Of a stretch of 64,000 nt of DNA, positions 60,502 to 64,000 are shown in pieces (position 1 is the first letter of the stretch; the number at the start of each line of letters is the position of its first letter). Below the pieces are notes generated by a model. The model was not told the origin of the DNA, searched no databases, and saw only the letters and a program-made list of their open reading frames with translations. Made by a program: the position numbers and the translations under genes. The DNA comes from Ramazzottius varieornatus (taxonomy: Eukaryota; Animalia; Tardigrada): NCBI GenBank assembly GCA_001949185.1, contig BDGG01000002.1, positions 8,851,990 through 8,915,989 of the forward strand, in the 5' to 3' direction.

Positions 60502-63500
60502 GTAAGCAAAACGACACTGAGCAAGGGATAACAAAGTTGCTATTAACAGACCAGCCCTAACCGAAAATGCAATTGCTTCCTTTACAATTGCGCCATACAG
60601 TCAGCCGGAAATGAGCGCATAAAAGAGGCGCTTGGGCTATATATACACATAATTATATGTACGGGTAGTTTGTTTACTAGCTAATGTATATAGACAGCGC
60701 TTACTACCACTGCACATTCCAATCTTAAAGATTACCAGCGTAGGGCGTGGCCGGAGATGCAAGGAAAGAATTTTCTGTCGATCGATAGTGGACACTTTAT
60801 CTACAGGAAGCGTCAGAGCAATGTCATAACAGCAATCAGTCTTTGGAAACTAATTAGGTTCGCGACCGGTCAAAGGAGCAGGAAGTGTGCCGACTGCAAC
60901 TTCTCTTTGCATTGGGTTCTTGCATCAGTTATTACTTACGAATCAATAGATCAAACAAGAATACCAACCCTGCTCAATTATTTACTCATTTCTGGCGGGG
61001 AACATCTGTCTTTTTCTGAAAGAAAAATGGTTGACGAAAGGCGTGCGGAGTATGAACCAAGTTGGGATTCATAAGAATTTGGCACAGCTAGCTAGGGCAA
61101 ATTAAATGAGTTGAACTAGCTACAAAACTTGGCCGATGCGACGTATCGTAGTTTATCACTGGCAGTAACAAAGTCCTAGGAATGGCCTGTGACGCAGGAT
61201 TATATGGCCGTTAGGTCTGGCATAGAGATATTGGTATGCGGCACTATCCTTAAAATAGCAAGTGTGACCATAATGTCAGCATGGTATTTTGCTTTAATCT
61301 GCATGTTGAATGGTGTAGCGACAGAGAGGGGAAGGAAGCGACGGGCTGAGCAGAAAAAGTGGGAAAATAAACGACGAGATGATTGAGTTTAATCACAAAG
61401 TGATTGTACCATCTTTTTTTCCTGTGGCTGACCGCATGGAGGAGCAGTACGAGTACGTCAACTTTGCACTGGCAACTGCCTTTCTTCTTGGCTCTAGCCT
61501 CCCACAGTCCCACAAAGAGAGCAGAAGGGTCCTACTGTAATCGTGAGCGAAGGACCTTCTGCGAAAGAGCTCACGTCAGCGACATTGGCAATAGTTTGTA
61601 GCCCTCCCTTTAGACGTAGCAAAACGGCAGGTGTGCTCGCTACAAGCCCTACTTCGACTATTACGCGTACTTGTGGACGACTACTGACAGTGTTAATGTA
61701 CAAAATTCGGAATGTGAAAAGACTGCTTTTTGGACGAGTGGGAAAAGCCGCAGACAGATATTGCCGATGACATATCTGATGACACATATACATGTCACTT
61801 TAACACGTAGCAGTGCTCAACACCCAACCCTATATTCATAGCTAGTCTTTCCCAGCATTTGAACCGAGGTGCTTCCTTTTTCACCCAATAACCCGAGTTG
61901 CAAGAGGTGGAACCCACAAAGCTTGTCAAGGCTGGGCACGGCAAGATGGGCTATGATAGTCGCCATGAGCACAGATAAAGCTAAAATTAAAAGTGGCCAG
62001 ACCATAGTGCTTTCGCTAGACAAAGGCCCAAGAAAGGACATATATTTGGAGGGCCACACGTACGGATGTTATGGACTAATGTTGAGAGTAATATGCGGTA
62101 TTTGATGTGGCATTTGGGCTTGCTTGTGCTTAGTGTATGCGTGTTAAAGAGGAGAAGTGAACGGAAGGAAGTTTGGCGGCATACTTGGCAGCTCCCCCCT
62201 CCCCCGCCAGCAGACTACTTTGCACTTCTACTTATGATGCAAACGCTTTTTCAGTTGGGGTTTCCACTGCTTTGTAATACCCATGCAACCTGGCCAGCCA
62301 CTGCAGCAGCTCGTGTTGCGCGCTGCTGACTGCGGCCATGCATCTAAACTGAAGTCCATAAGTAACTGTCAAATGTCCTGGATGAGCGCATGCGGCTTGC
62401 AATTACTTAAGGCACTTCCGCTTCCAAGAAAGACAAGTCCGGCCCTTTCCACAATCCATCTCAAGCTCGCGCCCAACATCCAAGACAGACACAGAGACAA
62501 AGTTGGCAACAGCAGCGACATCAACTTCCTACACTGCACTTTATTCCAGCCTCTCAGATGATAAAAAGCCTGTAAAAGCGGCAAAGAGCGAACTGCCTTG
62601 TTGAGAATTTGAGGCCGGATTTGAATATGCGGAGACTATTTCTGCCAAGAGCCCTTCCCAGCTGGAAGGTTGGCCTGGGTTGTGGAATCCTTGTGGGAGA
62701 CGTTGGCTGGGTGGTGGCCTGGTAGGAAGGCTGCAAATTGTTACGATCATTGTCGTTAGGAAATCCATTACAGCCAAGTGTGATTATGGTTGAGCAAGTT
62801 GAGCTACGGGCCAGCTTGAGTGGAAGCAAGCACCACAGTTGAGTCAGTTAGATGGCTATCCTTGGGCCAACACCCACAATCCGGGATCAAGTGGAGTGTT
62901 TAATTACATCACAAGTCAGCCTGCCCCAAAGTCTCCCCACTCCCCACTCTTGAGACGCTTAGCTTCTGCTCCGTCCACAATCAGACTGATTGCGTAATCT
63001 TACTCTCCACCCCGGCTCTGTTTCAGCTTTGTTGACAACAAACACAACTAACACCACAAAATCATTTACAGTCGACAAACGGAGATCACTGCGTTTGGCA
63101 GAAAAGTGACCTTTGCATCCCAGGGACTGCGGTCAGCCGTCAAGGTCACTGGTATATAAAAGTGACATTAATATTCTATGCAAACACATTGGCTCAGTTG
63201 ACATGGTCCATAAGCGATGACGATCTCTTACTGTGTCTACTTCTTTTGCATAAGACCATCGTCAACTTTTAGCACAAGACGTAATAGTCCCCGCGGACCT
63301 ATGTACTCTGCTCCCTGATGGGCAAACTTTGCCTTGAGGTAGTCTTATTGAGTGCCGTCGTATATGTTGAGACTACTTCACATAAAGGCAGCTTGCGCTC
63401 TTTGAATCACTCCTAAGCGTGGAGTAAAAAATGTGATGGCTGTCGGAGAGCAGCTCAACGGACTTTGGCAAGAAAAGACAGTGCGGCCTTCGTTGCCGAT

Positions 63501-64000
63501 GCGTGCATGGCCGAAAGTAATGAGCTTGTGGGTAAATATGTGGACTGCTCTGTATGGGCGGCGCATGGCAAGCAAACAATGTAACGTAGCAATTGCCCAG
63601 GCATTTGACATGCTATAAGTAGAACTTGTCGGAAATCTAGTGTTAACGGCTTGTGGCAGGATAAAGTGGCGAGTGATGGCAGCCTGCACAAACATGGACC
63701 CCACGTTATACAAGATGACAGTGCCCTGTCTGTCGCAGCAATTAGCCTTCCATATTTGCCTTGACGTTTCGAAGATACCGGGTTACACGGGCACAAATGC
63801 CAAGGCGGCGCAAGGTCGCCAAGGTCGATCATGCCTAACGCCATTAACATCGCTCTGCCTGACAATTAGTCGACTGGTCGGACTCTTGGCAGTAGGGACA
63901 AAGGCACATTCATAAGCAGATTCAGAGAAAGAAGATACCCACCGCGGGAAAATCCCAGCAGTGTATTTGACCAAGTTCGGGCTGCGCCCTGCACGGCCAT

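Noticed and set aside
60502-64000. Short ORFs after GPCR exon 2
   Set aside because: No TM4-TM7 exon beginning at the split DR/Y codon was found; treated as a long intron running out of the window.

Overview
Eukaryotic, gene-dense animal DNA with many short spliceosomal introns; prokaryote-style ORF calls are mostly exon fragments. The compact architecture is compatible with a small-genome invertebrate such as a tardigrade, but the species cannot be established from this window. Genes reconstructed by hand from splice sites, in order: Drgx-type homeobox gene, RING/TRAF-zinc-finger E3 ligase, a 12-exon Gly/Gln-rich low-complexity protein with no family I recognise, a decayed CR1-like LINE, MRPL9, a long-chain acyl-CoA synthetase, a dead Sola-like transposase next to a BED finger, an RNF212/Zip3-like meiotic RING protein, EDEM3, two tandem PMCA-type (P2B) pumps, a tetraspanin, ubiquilin, phospholipase D, ERK, and the first two exons of a biogenic-amine GPCR. 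Several MITEs are present. The most notable observations are: (1) the ~483-aa prion-like Gly/Gln protein, built from symmetric phase-1 exons and carrying seven RxRxxSF kinase motifs; (2) a MITE inserted in one of its splice donors that rebuilds a competing consensus donor; (3) two PMCA paralogues that lack the calmodulin-binding tail, have altered transmembrane residues, and share identical tracts suggestive of gene conversion.
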